DNA of 64,000 bases, from the NCBI RefSeq assembly GCF_001194135.2, contig NC_068997.1, positions 40,472,457 through 40,536,456 of the forward strand. Direction: 5' to 3'. Source of the stretch: Octopus bimaculoides. Lineage: Eukaryota. Every line of letters begins with the position of its first letter. The stretch's first letter is position 1. Positions 61,901 to 64,000 of the stretch are shown piece by piece. The position numbers were made by a program, and so were the translations under genes. The notes beneath the pieces are model-generated. The model was not told the DNA's origin. It ran no database searches and worked only from the letters and a program-made list of their open reading frames with translations.

Positions 61901-62828
61901 CTTTCATATCATGAGTGGCTATGATCACTGCCATACTGCATATATATTTAGAAATACACACATATATATATAGTGCATGTGTATGTACATATATGTGGCT
62001 ATATGATTGGTTGTATCGAACGGACAAAATAATAATAAATGTGTCTTGGTGGAACCGTAAGAGAGAAACCAGATATAGAAGAACGTTTACTAATAAATAT
62101 ATCAATAATGCAATAGCAAATCGCATCTTCCATAGCTGCCTGGAGATAACCAGGTTGTGATGGAGAAGAAATAACGAGAAGCGAGATTAGAAGTGTCCGG
62201 TGAAGAAATGTGTTATAGGCGATAAACCTTCTTTAATTAGTTACAAGATTATATTATTAGTGGTTGTTAAAGGCTTTTGAAACAGTATAACGTAACATGA
62301 CTTTGTGAACGCTGTTCTTTCTTTTTCTGTTAGTATACACTTACTGTTACAAGTTGGCAACGTAGAATTAACCGATGCAGTAAACGATAAACTATATCTG
62401 ATCGAATGATAGCGAGTAGGGGATAACACCTAGGGACTGCATCTGCCTGAGAAACAAATAGTAGACGTGAATGCTAGTATATTTAAAGTAGTAATGCCAG
62501 ATTATTTTGATTAATTAAAATACTACTCGTAGTGATGAGAAAATCATTATCTTAGTGATTGTTTTATGTCAAATAAAATAGGGGAAGACAACTCCGTGAT
62601 TTAAATTGTTTACAGTCAATCAAATATAGAATACAGTAGAGAAAGGAATATGATATTTAACAATGCGGTGACAATCAAGATATGTTCCAGTCTTACTAGA
62701 TCTCATGAGTGAAGTTTAAGTGTTGCTGCGGATAGAGCCATCAAGCGAGTTTTTGTGTAGTCACCTGATCAGCCATAATTAACAAGCAAATTTCTATCAG
62801 TTAAGACCGTAATATTTTAAAGAAGAGG

Positions 62829-63116
62829 GAAGAACACGTTGGCAAAGTGTAGTCCAAGATACACTTTGCCGAAAAGCGAAGAATACATCTACGAAACGCA
62901 GTCCAGGAAACAATGTTTTGAAAGGGGAAGTACTGGAGAAATGTAATCCTAGTTACACTTTGCCGAAAAGGGAAGAATACATCTAACGAACACAGTCCAA
63001 GAAACTGTGTTCTGAAAAAGGAAGAACACACTGGAAAATGTAGTCCATGATACAATACACCAAAAAGAGAACACACAAAAGAAATGTCCAAGATACACTA
63101 TAATGAAAATAAAATA
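62829..63116. repeat. Degenerate ~45-49-bp minisatellite with alternating monomer types
   Basis: Six monomers start GAAGAAyAC or GAAGTAC. Types alternate: ..TGTAGTCCAAGATACACTTTGCCGAAAAG and ..ATACATCTA..CAGTCCARGAAAC..TGTT.TGAAA. Confidence 0.75.
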
Positions 63117-63459
63117 CAGAATGATTATGGCTACAGTGACGTTAAATATGAGATCAGCATTGATTTGCGGCTGAACAAGAACAACAACAATAATAATAAC
63201 AACAACTCTAATAACTGAATCGCAATGAAAGATGAGCAATTAACGGCCAAACAATAAAAACTGCAATGTTAGAGTTGTTATAATAAACATCCGAAAGAGT
63301 CTGTTGTGACTGAAAGAGATAAAATGGTTGCATGTATTTTTTCATTATCGGTTAGTTAGGGGAAAGGGCAGCGTCCATGCGTCCATGACATTTTACTGAG
63401 AAGTGAAACGGAGGGGGATAAGGAGAGAAGAAGGCTTTCTCAAAGCACAGGTCTGGCTC

Positions 63460-63632
63460 GAACGATTGGAACAAGTGCCAAGGGTCTAGGTAGGGGCATT
63501 AAATCAGTGACGGATTAATCTTACCACCAAAGTAGGTCGCGGTGGGATTTCGACTCAGGACGCCAGGAGCCGCAATAAATACGGCATAGCATTTCATCAG
63601 TTGTTCTAATGATTCGGTCAATTCGTTGCTGC
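63460..63632 (-). mobile_element. Old SINE family B-related copy
   Basis: GGTCGCGGTGGGATTTCGACTCAGGACG..GCATTTCATCAGTTGTTCTAATGATTCGGTCAATTCG aligns loosely to the B head. Confidence 0.5.
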
Positions 63633-63780
63633 TTTGTCGTCGTCGTCGTCGTCGTCACTGTTATCACTGTTGATAAGGTTGTCGAACAATAAATCAGTTC
63701 TGATTGGTATACCTATGATCGAACACCACCCAACCATTATTGTACCGTTATTTAGATGTTTCTATATTTCCTCATATTTC

Positions 63781-63817
<37 letters not shown>

Positions 63818-64000
63818 ATGGCCTCCACAAAGATCAATACAATTTTATGTCAAAAGTGTTGAAGCGGTGTCCATTAAGTTATATATCATGCATGAGAACT
63901 CATTAATCTACCTGACTGACTGAAATGAAGTTGTTCCAAATATAATTAAGAAAATGTTGGCCAAAGATTGTTGAGTACCCATATATTGTTCAAGAGCATA

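Noticed and set aside
63545-63605. Minus-strand CTGATGA...GAAA
   Set aside because: Coincidental; it lies in a SINE B-like tRNA head.

Overview
AT-rich eukaryotic non-coding DNA from a gapped draft assembly, with many N-runs and very dense (CA)n, (TA)n, (TACA)n, (TAGA)n, (GA)n and (ATT)n microsatellites. The repeat content looks like an octopus or other coleoid cephalopod genome; this is an inference from SINE sequences and microsatellite load. I recognise no host protein-coding exon, rRNA, true tRNA or CRISPR array. Nearly all listed ORFs are N-gap or microsatellite artefacts, and the rest are decayed transposon proteins: maT DD37D, mariner, pogo/Tigger, hAT, HERO and R4-like RLE LINEs, and Penelope RT and GIY-YIG. 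At least four tRNA-derived SINE families are present, with clear nested insertions. Two observations stand out. (1) Four minimal type-I hammerhead ribozyme motifs with palindromic stem III lie on the minus strand: one with an intact core and pairing (29213-29296), one with an intact core and one stem II mismatch (31369-31433), and two decayed (3041-3097, 9587-9639). Two of them sit in or beside small foldback elements, suggesting non-autonomous Penelope-like or retrozyme-like RNAs. (2) A ~1 kb non-coding miniature LTR element (TRIM-like, 21461-22408) has ~147 bp LTRs, a tRNA-Ser(GCU)-type PBS, a PPT and an AATAAA-in-loop hairpin. All alignments, translations and folds were done by eye; no database search was run.
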